From: a virus
Direction: 5' to 3' (one strand)
DNA length: 64,000 nt
IMG/VR virus record: IMGVR_UViG_3300032288_004702
Location: 92,277-156,276 of that record
Shown here: positions 28,847-37,832 of the stretch, in pieces
Position numbering within the stretch: position 1 is the first letter of the stretch
Layout: every line of letters starts with the position of its first letter
Position numbers and translations under genes: made by a program
Notes under the pieces: generated by a model
Database searches by the model: none
What the model saw: only the letters and a program-made list of their open reading frames with translations
What the model was told of the DNA's origin: nothing

Positions 28847-29023
28847 TCATTTGCGCCAGTCCGTTACGAACCCGTCCATGTAGTCCTCCATCGCTTCGTC
28901 GGTTCCACAAGAGGAGCAGATTTCTGTCTTGTTATCCAGCCGCGACAGGGCCCCAATGTAGGCCCCAGGGGTGTCGTTATTGGGAATAAATCCCCCACAT
29001 CGGGGGCATACCGGCTTGCTCAT
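28847..29023 (-). CDS. Small zinc-finger protein
   Basis: CPRCG..GALSRLDNKTEICSSCGTDEA. Confidence 0.6.
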   Translation of the reverse strand: MSKPVCPRCGGFIPNNDTPGAYIGALSRLDNKTEICSSCGTDEAMEDYMDGFVTDWRK

Positions 29024-29213
29024 TTTCTCTCCAAAATGTCTAGTAGTTGGTACTCCCGACACGATAGCCCATGACGGGGAAATTTGCAACAGTTTGTTTT
29101 GCCGGCCCTATGTGTGGTTAGTATGTGCCTAGGACCGGTGGGGCTCGCGCAACCTCTCTCCTTTCGGTACATCCCCAGTGCGAGCCTCGCCGGTTTCTAC
29201 TATTCTGTAGACG

Positions 29214-31130
29214 ATGAGGTTGTACCTAGACAAGAACGAGATAGTGCTGGACTTCCCGTATGACCAGCAACAAGTTGCCGAACTCAAACAAATAAGGGGC
29301 GCACGATGGGACAAGAGCTCAAAGCTATGGCGTGTACCAGTAACGTCCCTCGCCGAGGCGCGAGAGTTCGCCATCAAGCATGACTTCGACGTGACAATAG
29401 ACGTGCTGACGTTCAGTGCGCCTCGCCCTCGAACCGGAACAGCAAGCGTATCCCTAGACGATGGGATGATTGCCATCCGTGTCCCGTACGAAAGAGTAAT
29501 CGTCAAAGCGGTGAAGCAGATACCGGCCGTATCGTGGAACGCGAAGAAGCACTACTGGCAAGCGCCAACATCTTCCGTACTAAATGCAATCGAGTGGGCA
29601 GAGAAGTTCGACGTCCCCGTGGAGCCCGATGTGGCGGCTTTATCCGACGAAGTGACCACGCGAATGAACGAGTTCATCGAGGCGTCTCGCTCGGTAGACG
29701 CAGAAGTAGACATCCCTACATTGCAGGGAGAGTTGCTTCCATACCAGCGCGCAGGGGTTATCTACGCATCAAACGCTCGCAGGACATTCATCGCGGATGA
29801 CATGGGTCTAGGAAAGACGCTCCAATCTATCGCAACGCTCGAGTACGTTATGGATTCGTATCCGGCGGTAGTTGTATGTCCGCCAAGCCTTGTTCTCAAC
29901 TGGGTGTCTGAATGGAACCGGTGGCTACCGAACCGACGCGTCGTCCCCGTTACGAATAGAAAAGACTTTCCGGAGCGCGGTTCTTACGATGTTGTCGTCG
30001 TTGGATACAGCAACATTTCGCATTGGGAAAAGCGCCTCGCCGGCCATCGCGCATACGTGTTCGACGAGAGCCACTACGCAAAGACTCCAACGGCGCAGCG
30101 CACAAAGGCGGCTGTGAAGATGGCAAAGTCGGCGCACAAAGACGGACTAGTACTGTGTCTCACTGGGACACCAGTTACAAACCGCCCGAACGAGTACGCG
30201 TCTCAATTGGAGATTCTCGGTCGCCTGAAAGACTTTGGCGGGCTGTGGGGTTTCTACCGGCGCTACTGTGCTGCCTATCAAGACAACTTCGGGCAGTGGA
30301 ACATCAGCGGCCACTCGCACCTAGACGAACTCAATGAGCGTTTACGTGGAACGTGCTACATCAGACGCACCAAAGACCAAGTTCTCTCTGAACTGCCACC
30401 AGTGATTCACAGCAAGCTTCTTGTCGAGGGTGCATCGTCAGTGATGAAAGAATACGCAAAGGCGGAAAAGGACATCTTGTTGTACATTGCCGAGCGTGCG
30501 CGGCAGTTGGCGCTCGAGCAGGGTAAGCCATCGTATGGTGCAGCCATCGCCGCGATGATTAGGGCAGAGGCTAACGAACACCTTGTTCGCTTGTCCGTAC
30601 TCAGGAAGATTGCCGCCAAAGCAAAGATGGACGTAGCAGAGGAGTGGATAAATGCTCGAATCGAGAACGGCAAGAAAGTTGTTGTCGCTGCTCACCATCG
30701 TGACATCGTTGATGAACTCGCTCGCAAATACGGCAATCTTCGCATTCAGGGTGGGATGGCGGTCGAGGAAGTGGAGGAGAACAAGCGCCTCTTCCAAACT
30801 AAGAGCGTTGAGGATGCGCCTGTTATGGTGCTCTCAATACAGGCGGCGAAGACGGGACACACTCTGACTGCATCAGAGGAATGTCTTTTCCTAGAACTCC
30901 CGTGGACACCCGCCGACGTAGACCAAACATACAGTCGGCTTCATAGGCTTGGACAAAAGGGAAGCGTGACGGCGACATACATGCTTACATCGGGGACGAT
31001 AGACGAAGAAATCTATGACATCATCGAGAAGAAGCGTTCGGTTGTCGGTGCGGCAGTCGATGGAGGGGAAGTAGATAACTCCGACCTATCTACGCAGATG
31101 ATTCTGAGCCTGCTCGACAAACTCAGTTAG
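29214..31130 (+). CDS. SNF2-family (HARP/SMARCAL1-like) helicase
   Basis: ADDMGLGKT, DESH, LTGTP, SRLHRLGQ; two N-terminal HARP-like repeats. Confidence 0.9.
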   Translation: MRLYLDKNEIVLDFPYDQQQVAELKQIRGARWDKSSKLWRVPVTSLAEAREFAIKHDFDVTIDVLTFSAPRPRTGTASVSLDDGMIAIRVPYERVIVKAVKQIPAVSWNAKKHYWQAPTSSVLNAIEWAEKFDVPVEPDVAALSDEVTTRMNEFIEASRSVDAEVDIPTLQGELLPYQRAGVIYASNARRTFIADDMGLGKTLQSIATLEYVMDSYPAVVVCPPSLVLNWVSEWNRWLPNRRVVPVTNRKDFPERGSYDVVVVGYSNISHWEKRLAGHRAYVFDESHYAKTPTAQRTKAAVKMAKSAHKDGLVLCLTGTPVTNRPNEYASQLEILGRLKDFGGLWGFYRRYCAAYQDNFGQWNISGHSHLDELNERLRGTCYIRRTKDQVLSELPPVIHSKLLVEGASSVMKEYAKAEKDILLYIAERARQLALEQGKPSYGAAIAAMIRAEANEHLVRLSVLRKIAAKAKMDVAEEWINARIENGKKVVVAAHHRDIVDELARKYGNLRIQGGMAVEEVEENKRLFQTKSVEDAPVMVLSIQAAKTGHTLTASEECLFLELPWTPADVDQTYSRLHRLGQKGSVTATYMLTSGTIDEEIYDIIEKKRSVVGAAVDGGEVDNSDLSTQMILSLLDKLS

Positions 31131-31579
31131 TCGCTCTTTGCTTCTTCGCCTTCGGTGTCGATGCCGGAAATAATTTCCTGAGCAATCAACTTTGCATACT
31201 TGCGACGAAGTCTCCAAATCTTTCGATTCATCTCTACAAGCTCTTTGCTCATTCGCGCTTTGATAATCGCGTCGTCATCGAACACGCCATGAATGTTAAA
31301 CAATGCGTCGTGTAGTTCAGTGTCCTCTATGAGAATGTCAGAAATCCAGCCAGCACGGTTGTCGATGGCCATCATCAACTCGCACATTCCCTCCACACCG
31401 AATTCGTCATAGAGACGGTTTACAACAATGGTGCAAAAGTGTGACCGGTACAAGCGCTTAGCCTTCTGTGATTGCGACATGAACTCAGAGAGCCACACCG
31501 CGAGTTCGCCACTAGAAAAGTCACTAACATCATCTGAGGCGGAGTCAATAAAGTCGTCATCATCGCCGTCTTCTCTCAT
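31127..31579 (-). CDS. Hypothetical protein
   Basis: GGAGG RBS. Confidence 0.6.
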   Translation of the reverse strand: MREDGDDDDFIDSASDDVSDFSSGELAVWLSEFMSQSQKAKRLYRSHFCTIVVNRLYDEFGVEGMCELMMAIDNRAGWISDILIEDTELHDALFNIHGVFDDDAIIKARMSKELVEMNRKIWRLRRKYAKLIAQEIISGIDTEGEEAKSD

Positions 31580-31629
31580 GACGCCTCCCCGTAACTAGAA
31601 CTGTACACAAATGATAACAGCGTCAATCG

Positions 31630-32655
31630 TTACACCGCTGACAAGAGATAATCCTGGGCTTTCATTTTCGCCCGAGTCACCCATGAGTTTGCACTCATTG
31701 ACGCCAGTGCTCGCTCTGTCTGCGTTGCATCACGATAATGGTCGAGGTATTCACCCACAGCGTTTACGAGTGACCAAGCGTTGTAGCCATAGTTCTTTGC
31801 GTTGTTGTCATTTACGTAAATCGCACGAACTAAGCCCATGACATCATCTCGGTTTTTTTTCTGTCTCTCCGTTGCATCTTTCGATGTTGGGAACACAGCG
31901 TCAAGTGTCTTGTCGAGAATCTGCGATGATGCTGGAACGTTTATTGACAGCAATCGCTCTGCCGTTGCTGAGAACTCTCTCGCCCACTCTGTCGAGATGT
32001 TGAGTACTTGATTCGCTTGCTCGATTGCTCTGTCGGCATTTCGGGTGTGTCGTGCAGTGAATACTCGCTTCGCTGATGAAACGCCAGCAATCACTGTGTT
32101 TTTGCACACCGCACGAATGCTGGTATTCGCAAATGTAATCGCCGTCTTCCCGTCATGTCCGTTATGCACGAGTAGATAACGCTCGATGGAGTCATTCACT
32201 CCGTTCGGGTCGATGATGAGTGCGCCCATGTCAATAGACGCAAAGAACTCACGCCCACCGTGCAGAACTCCACAAGTATCCACGACTGCGTCTCCGCCGG
32301 AAGCTCCAACAATGTCGAGTGCGTAGTCAAGACATTCACGATTTTGTTGCACCACGTAGCGCGTGCCGACAGTGGCGAGACCATCGAATGAACCATCTGC
32401 GTTCACCCGTACTGTCGCCCGTGAGTCGGGGACAAGAATCGGAGTTCCATCAGGCTGTCGTATCGGCTCGCCGTTATCGTCACATACCGCAACACGCGTT
32501 GTCACCACGTCGAAATCAGCCTGCGCCGCTTGGAGCATTGCCTCCGCCGTTTGTAGCCCTTTCATTGGTTTTCCGAGTCTGTGCCACGGAATCTCTCGGT
32601 CTGCGTACGCCATGCGCACTGTGCCGTCGTCGTTGATTTCTAGTTGATGAGCCAT
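31630..32655 (-). CDS. DUF932-family protein
   Basis: PWHRLG, YVVQQN, YLLVHNGHDG, IRAVCKNT, RHT, NAVGEYLDH. Confidence 0.85.
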   Translation of the reverse strand: MAHQLEINDDGTVRMAYADREIPWHRLGKPMKGLQTAEAMLQAAQADFDVVTTRVAVCDDNGEPIRQPDGTPILVPDSRATVRVNADGSFDGLATVGTRYVVQQNRECLDYALDIVGASGGDAVVDTCGVLHGGREFFASIDMGALIIDPNGVNDSIERYLLVHNGHDGKTAITFANTSIRAVCKNTVIAGVSSAKRVFTARHTRNADRAIEQANQVLNISTEWAREFSATAERLLSINVPASSQILDKTLDAVFPTSKDATERQKKNRDDVMGLVRAIYVNDNNAKNYGYNAWSLVNAVGEYLDHYRDATQTERALASMSANSWVTRAKMKAQDYLLSAV

Positions 32656-32867
32656 GATGTCTCCGTCTCTCTATCGTGTAGATAAATCTATCTGAAAGGT
32701 GCGCCTCGTAGGGGAAGGGAAATAATGCGGGGCTCCCGCAGGGAGGGGACACCCCCACCCCACGCAACGGGGATGTAGTAGATAAGTCTCATCTTTCGGA
32801 AGCCTGACCCACCCGTGGTACGCTGGCGGTGTCGGGGGGGACGGTCTCCCCCGACGAAAGGGGAGCC

Positions 32868-33425
32868 ATGCTCAGGATTGAGACGGAGTGCGAGTTGAGG
32901 GACGGGCGCGTCCTGTACGAGGGCGAGGTCGTCCTCACGGTGGACAGCGTGGACGGCGACTCCGTCACGGGCTGGTTCCGCCCCGACTGGTGGGACCGCA
33001 ACACCGCCCGTGCGCTGGTGCTGGACACCCCGTGCAAGTACGAGGGCAAGCCCGTGCCGTGCGACGAGAACGGCGAGTGGACGAACACGCTCGCCTGCGA
33101 GTGCGCCACCTGCCTCGTGGACGAGTTCCCGTACGACGACTGGGGCTGGCACGGTGCTGGCGCAGAGGTCACCCTGACCCTCCCCAAGACGGAGGCGAAG
33201 AAGGGCGACCGCATCGTCGTCGGAGTCCTGCTCACCCGAGAGAGGCTCACGGGTGGGTACGACCGCCACGGCATCACCAGCGGACTCTCGTCCACGACCT
33301 ACTGCGGAAGCGTCTCGTGGGACGAGTGGCAGGCGTTGGAGGCGTGCGAGACGACCCGAGGCTGGCTGGCGTACGACGCACAGATTCGGGAGGACGAGAA
33401 CCCGACCGAACACAGGGACTGGTGA
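32868..33425 (+). CDS. Hypothetical protein
   Basis: Family promoter and CGAAAGGGG RBS. Confidence 0.6.
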   Translation: MLRIETECELRDGRVLYEGEVVLTVDSVDGDSVTGWFRPDWWDRNTARALVLDTPCKYEGKPVPCDENGEWTNTLACECATCLVDEFPYDDWGWHGAGAEVTLTLPKTEAKKGDRIVVGVLLTRERLTGGYDRHGITSGLSSTTYCGSVSWDEWQALEACETTRGWLAYDAQIREDENPTEHRDW

Positions 33426-33713
33426 CGGGGAGAGTAGATAACCCCGAACGGAGGGACCGCACACCCACCCCACAGGCGCACACCCACACCCACGCCACAC
33501 GCCCGAACACCCACGGCAACCCACGCCACACAGGCAGAGGGCAAACCGTGCGAAGCACGGTGCGCCAGCCCAACGAGCGAAGCGAGGCGGGAGAAAGCGA
33601 GGAAACGAGCGGGGCTCCACCGGAGCAAGGGCGCACTGGCGCATGGCACACGGGGTGGTAGTAGATAAGTCGGCAGGTTGGGAAGGCTGTCCCCACGGTG
33701 GTACAGTTCAGGC

Positions 33714-34919
33714 ATGAACGAAATCTCGTCCGCCTCACTTGCCTTTGACCTCCACACACAGTTGGTGGAGTACCGCGCCAGTCACCCGACGGCCGACCGA
33801 CTCCTACACCACGGCTACTACCGCGCCTTTGTCGGCGGAGAAACCACCGACACCGTGTCACGCGCAACGCTGGAAGTGGCGATGAAGGAAAGCCACACTT
33901 ACCACGAGGTCGCGCGAACGCTTGACGACGCGATTCTCACCCGTGCTGACACCGTGTTCCTCACCGACGACCTGCGCGAGTTGGTCAAGACGGCAGAGGC
34001 CACAATGCCCGACGAGGTTCTGTTTGACACGGACATTTACACCCCGTGCGGATTCATCGTGATGGAAACGCCACTGCGATACGATGTTCTGTCGCGCACG
34101 AAGGCAAGCGAGTTTGAGAGCCTGCTCGCTCTCGTTCACAAGCACGGCGGAACCGTGACAGGGACGCGCACACATGAAACGCCCGACCAGTTCGGTGATT
34201 ACATCGGCGCGGAACACTGGGAGGTTCGCGCGTTCGCTTGGGCTGATGTAGATAAGGTCAAGCCCGAAGCACTGGCCGACATTGAGAAGCGATTCGGCAC
34301 GAAGTCTCCCGAGTACGCGTTCGCACGGAGCGTGATGCTCGCCCCCAACGGGGACAAGGGACTGTATGTCCGCGTGTTCGGCTCCATGACGGCCACAAGT
34401 GTGGACGGAGTGACCATTGAGGTTCCTGCCATCTCGCGCGAGTTGCGACTGATGGACATCTACGCATTCTTCTACGGGGAGGACGGACTGCGCGAGGAGA
34501 CGGCACTGTACGAGCCGACAGGACGCGTGACGGACGAGATGCTCAAAGCGTCGTGGGAACGCTCACGCTCCATTCGTCGTTTCCTCGTCGCTCTGTTCCG
34601 CTTGATGGAGGAGTATGTGGAAGTAGATAAGTCTCCTCTCCATCGCGCACACGGCCGTCGTGCCTCCCGTGTTGGTCGCGGTGGCGACTTGCGGAATGTC
34701 ACGATTCTCTCACTGCGTCGCGCGCTTGGCGATGACGAAGATGGAGGCGGTGTCGGCCACAAGGTCACGCTCGCCCATCTCGTCCGTGGCCACTGGCGCA
34801 ACCAGTGGTATCCATCGCAAAGGCAACACCGCGCGAAGTGGATACGCGCACACCGTCGCGGTGGGAACGCTGGCGATGTGGTGACCGCCCGTCCGCGAAT
34901 CATCAAGGTAGACCGATAG
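33714..34919 (+). CDS. Hypothetical phage protein, probably leaderless
   Basis: C-terminal HLVRGHWRNQW..WIRAHRRG motif; ATG 7 nt after TACAGT. Confidence 0.75.
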   Translation: MNEISSASLAFDLHTQLVEYRASHPTADRLLHHGYYRAFVGGETTDTVSRATLEVAMKESHTYHEVARTLDDAILTRADTVFLTDDLRELVKTAEATMPDEVLFDTDIYTPCGFIVMETPLRYDVLSRTKASEFESLLALVHKHGGTVTGTRTHETPDQFGDYIGAEHWEVRAFAWADVDKVKPEALADIEKRFGTKSPEYAFARSVMLAPNGDKGLYVRVFGSMTATSVDGVTIEVPAISRELRLMDIYAFFYGEDGLREETALYEPTGRVTDEMLKASWERSRSIRRFLVALFRLMEEYVEVDKSPLHRAHGRRASRVGRGGDLRNVTILSLRRALGDDEDGGGVGHKVTLAHLVRGHWRNQWYPSQRQHRAKWIRAHRRGGNAGDVVTARPRIIKVDR

Positions 34920-34987
34920 AGCACGCGACACCTTATCTACTCTCACCCGTGGCCAGTGAGTGAGAGTAGATAAGTGTCAGAGCGTCG

Positions 34988-35179
34988 CTAGGCGCGCTTG
35001 GCGACGATGGAGTATTCCACCGTGTCCTCTCCGATGTTCGGAGCAGGGAAGTAGAGCGCGAGGCCGAGGTACTTCTCTGCGTCGCGCTTGGTAGCGAACA
35101 CCTCGTTGAGAACGGTTCGGCTGATACGGCCGTCCGTGAGACGCGCGGTGCGCTTGATGATGAATGTTTGTGATGCCAC
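34988..35179 (-). CDS. Small hypothetical protein
   Basis: Family promoter, CGAAAGGGG RBS, GTG start. Confidence 0.55.
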   Translation of the reverse strand: MASQTFIIKRTARLTDGRISRTVLNEVFATKRDAEKYLGLALYFPAPNIGEDTVEYSIVAKRA

Positions 35180-35418
35180 TGTGAACCCCTTTCGTTCGGC
35201 AACACCAAGACAGTACCACACATCGGACAGACTTCCCAAAGTGGTGGTGCGCTCCGGTGGGAGCCCCGCCCCTGACGCCCTCACTTCGTTCGGTTGTCCT
35301 CGCGCTGAACGAGGAGAGTCGCGCGCAACAGTGAGAGTAGATAACGGCAGAGACACCGTGCCGACACTTATCTACTCTCATAGACGGTGCCGACACGGTG
35401 CGTGCGCCGTGTACCGAA

Positions 35419-36126
35419 TCAGTACGCGTGCGGTGCGTCCACTGTCATCGGAGCGCGACACGCACGGCAGACGGGAGAGTCTGAATCGCTCTCACCGTAA
35501 AGCGGTGTTTCATCGTCTGCGAGTGAGTACCCGTGAACGAGTGACAGTGCCTCGCCGTAGACAACTTCTACCGAGTGTTCTTCATCGTTCGGACAGTGAA
35601 CCGAATAGTTCGCGTTGTCGTACGGGAACGACTCTGCCATGTCCACCGTGATACGGAACGCGCGCGGTGCCGTGTATCCACCGCGAACATCGCAACCCCC
35701 GTGAATCTGTAAGAGTGTGAACACTTCTCCGTCATGCGAGAATGTCACGCCTTGTAGCGTCTGCGCGAGCGAGTCCTCACCGTTGTAGGTGTTCCATGTG
35801 TGCGCGCTGTCGTCCTTCTCGAACGCGAACGACTCCGCGAGAGAGAGCCAGCCGTCATCGGGATTCTCCGAGCAGAACGCGCGGAACTCTGCGTCAAGCG
35901 TTGGCGCGTACTCCAAGCGTTCCGCGAGATAGTGATAGACCGAGAGCGTCACGCCCCAGCGGTCTGCCCATGCGCGCGGTTGCGCGTCCCACTCTGTGAG
36001 CGTGCGTCCAGCGTTGCGTTCCCAGTGTCGCCCATAGGCACCGCCACTGTCCAAGATGTGCCGTCCCGTAGGCTCCGTGAGTAGTTCCGCGAGAACCTCG
36101 CGCGTGCGTGTGGTGAGTGCGTCCAT
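35419..36126 (-). CDS. Conserved phage hypothetical protein
   Basis: HILDSGGAYGRHWERN; NTYNGE; LQIHGGCDVRGGYT. Confidence 0.75.
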   Translation of the reverse strand: MDALTTRTREVLAELLTEPTGRHILDSGGAYGRHWERNAGRTLTEWDAQPRAWADRWGVTLSVYHYLAERLEYAPTLDAEFRAFCSENPDDGWLSLAESFAFEKDDSAHTWNTYNGEDSLAQTLQGVTFSHDGEVFTLLQIHGGCDVRGGYTAPRAFRITVDMAESFPYDNANYSVHCPNDEEHSVEVVYGEALSLVHGYSLADDETPLYGESDSDSPVCRACRAPMTVDAPHAY

Positions 36127-36133
36127 GACTTAT

Positions 36134-36442
36134 CTACTTCCGCTTGTAGGGGTAGGAGGGGTGCTCGCGTCGCCCCTTGTCACGGAGCGACGCTATTTCG
36201 TTGCGCGCCCACAGTGTGGCGAGCGTTCCGCCGATGGCAGAGCCGACCGTCAGCGCGATTCCGAAGAACAGGTCAAACGCGTTGCGCGTGATGTACGCCT
36301 TAGCGATGGCGAACACACCCGTGAGCAGTGCGAATGTGAACATGCCGACGACGAATCGGTAGATGAAGGTCGGATACTTGTCGTCCAACCAGTTGGTGAC
36401 CCGTGCGTCTGCGCGGTCAAGAGTGTTGATGATGCTTGCCAT
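36134..36442 (-). CDS. Membrane protein (2 TM)
   Basis: Family promoter; hydrophobic segments. Confidence 0.65.
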   Translation of the reverse strand: MASIINTLDRADARVTNWLDDKYPTFIYRFVVGMFTFALLTGVFAIAKAYITRNAFDLFFGIALTVGSAIGGTLATLWARNEIASLRDKGRREHPSYPYKRK

Positions 36443-36625
36443 TGGATTCCCTTTCCGTTTGAGGTGGCACCATGAGCGTACCACGAAGGGGACAGACTTC
36501 CGAACTTATCTACCACTCCCCCGACACAGGGAGCACCCCCCCTGCCCTCCCTGCGGGAGCCCCGCTTTGAGTTGAGTGACGACAGTCGAAATAGCGTGTT
36601 TCTGAGCGAGGGGGGGACTTATCTA

Positions 36626-36880
36626 CTACTCGGTGTCACCGCGTAGGTAGTTCGCGCGCATGACCTCAACCGTGGCTTCGCCGGTCTGCTCGAATGTCGT
36701 GATGTCGTAGATAGCACCACAGCGGTAGCAGAGATACGAACGGCCGTCCCACGCACCCGTAAGGCTTGGCTCGACCATCTCTCCTGACGACAGACAGGTG
36801 TAGAAACCGTCAATGTCGGGCTCGTTGCCACACTCGCATACCATCCAGTCTGCGACAGTGCGTTCGATGTTTAGTGTCAT
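36626..36880 (-). CDS. Small zinc-finger protein
   Basis: CECGN..CYRCG. Confidence 0.6.
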   Translation of the reverse strand: MTLNIERTVADWMVCECGNEPDIDGFYTCLSSGEMVEPSLTGAWDGRSYLCYRCGAIYDITTFEQTGEATVEVMRANYLRGDTE

Positions 36881-37344
36881 TGCGTCTCCTTCGATAGTTC
36901 GTCACGAGCATAGGGGTTGTGTGGCTCGTCGTCATGCCACTGTGCGTCAGGCCATGCGGTACGCGTGTGTACCCCGTAGACGTTCTTGCCAAAGATGGCA
37001 GTTCCCTGCCAAGCGTGGCGACAGCACGGCAGTGCGTCGTCTCGTCCTGCTGGGTGGCAGTTCTGACCAATGTCTTGGGCGAGGAGGGGGAAGACATCGA
37101 GGAACTTCACTACACAGTCGTGACACAGAATCCACTCACGGCTGCGCTGGCTTCCTGTCAGGACACCAACGTTGTCATCGAATCCACCGTAGTAGCCGAA
37201 CGTGTCAAAGGGGAGCACCCAACCATGGTCGGGGTAGTGGGTCTGCTGGGTACACAGGAGACTGCTACGACAGGCTGAGCATGTCGCTGTGTTGTACTGC
37301 CTGATGAGTGGCGTGAACTCGGGTTGCTGTTGTGCTTCGCTCAT
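36877..37344 (-). CDS. Cys-rich hypothetical protein, probably leaderless
   Basis: CSAC, GYYGGFDD, LCHDC. Confidence 0.65.
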   Translation of the reverse strand: MSEAQQQPEFTPLIRQYNTATCSACRSSLLCTQQTHYPDHGWVLPFDTFGYYGGFDDNVGVLTGSQRSREWILCHDCVVKFLDVFPLLAQDIGQNCHPAGRDDALPCCRHAWQGTAIFGKNVYGVHTRTAWPDAQWHDDEPHNPYARDELSKETQ

Positions 37345-37457
37345 GACGATGACTGTACCACGAGATGTACAGGCTTCCACGTTCGCGCACTTATCTACTA
37401 CTCACCCGTAGAGCACCCGTGGCACTTGCGTCGTCCCTGCGTGGTGGCGAACGGAGA

Positions 37458-37832
37458 CTAGGAGACGATTCGTCCTGAGGTCATGCGGAGGAGAACGGCA
37501 TAGCAATACCTCCGGCGTCGCGTCGTCTCCAACTCAACCTCGTACCGTCGCCAACCGCTGAGCAGGTCGAGGTCGGCGGGGGAACGGTAGATGCCGAGCT
37601 CCATCTCCGTCTCTATCATGAGGGAGGGGAGGTTCACCTCAACACCCGTGGCACTTCGCGGTGTCACACCTGCGTCACGGCAGGCCTGAAACACTTTGGT
37701 CATGAACAGAGAGACGGCGAGCATCTGCTCCAACTCGTCCTCGTCTGTCATGTGGGTATTCGTCAGGCGTGCTACGCGGATGCTCTGATACACCTTGCGA
37801 TGAGGTATGTAGATGCCTGACACGAATGACAC
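37458..37832 (-). CDS. Hypothetical protein (start uncertain)
   Basis: ORF only. Confidence 0.4.
   Translation of the reverse strand: MSFVSGIYIPHRKVYQSIRVARLTNTHMTDEDELEQMLAVSLFMTKVFQACRDAGVTPRSATGVEVNLPSLMIETEMELGIYRSPADLDLLSGWRRYEVELETTRRRRYCYAVLLRMTSGRIVS

Larger units (their letters stand above)
10096..37379. promoter_or_regulatory. Family of about 24 near-identical promoters TT[G/C]GGAAG[T/G/C]CTG[T/A].. N18 ..TGG-TAnnnT
   Basis: + strand copies: 24954, 25783, 26322, 26810, 32795, 33678 (each 30 bp to the end of the -10). - strand copies near 10096, 10907, 12327, 13455, 15137, 16255, 17005, 17992, 18806, 19898, 20590, 21085, 22595, 23874, 24785, 35209, 36475, 37352. Nearly all lie just upstream of a gene start. 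Confidence 0.85.

Noticed and set aside
32688-33867. Long overlapping ORFs (32688-33644 -, 32888-33661 +, 33274-33867 -)
   Set aside because: Shadow frames of GC-rich DNA; only 32868-33425 has the family promoter and an RBS.
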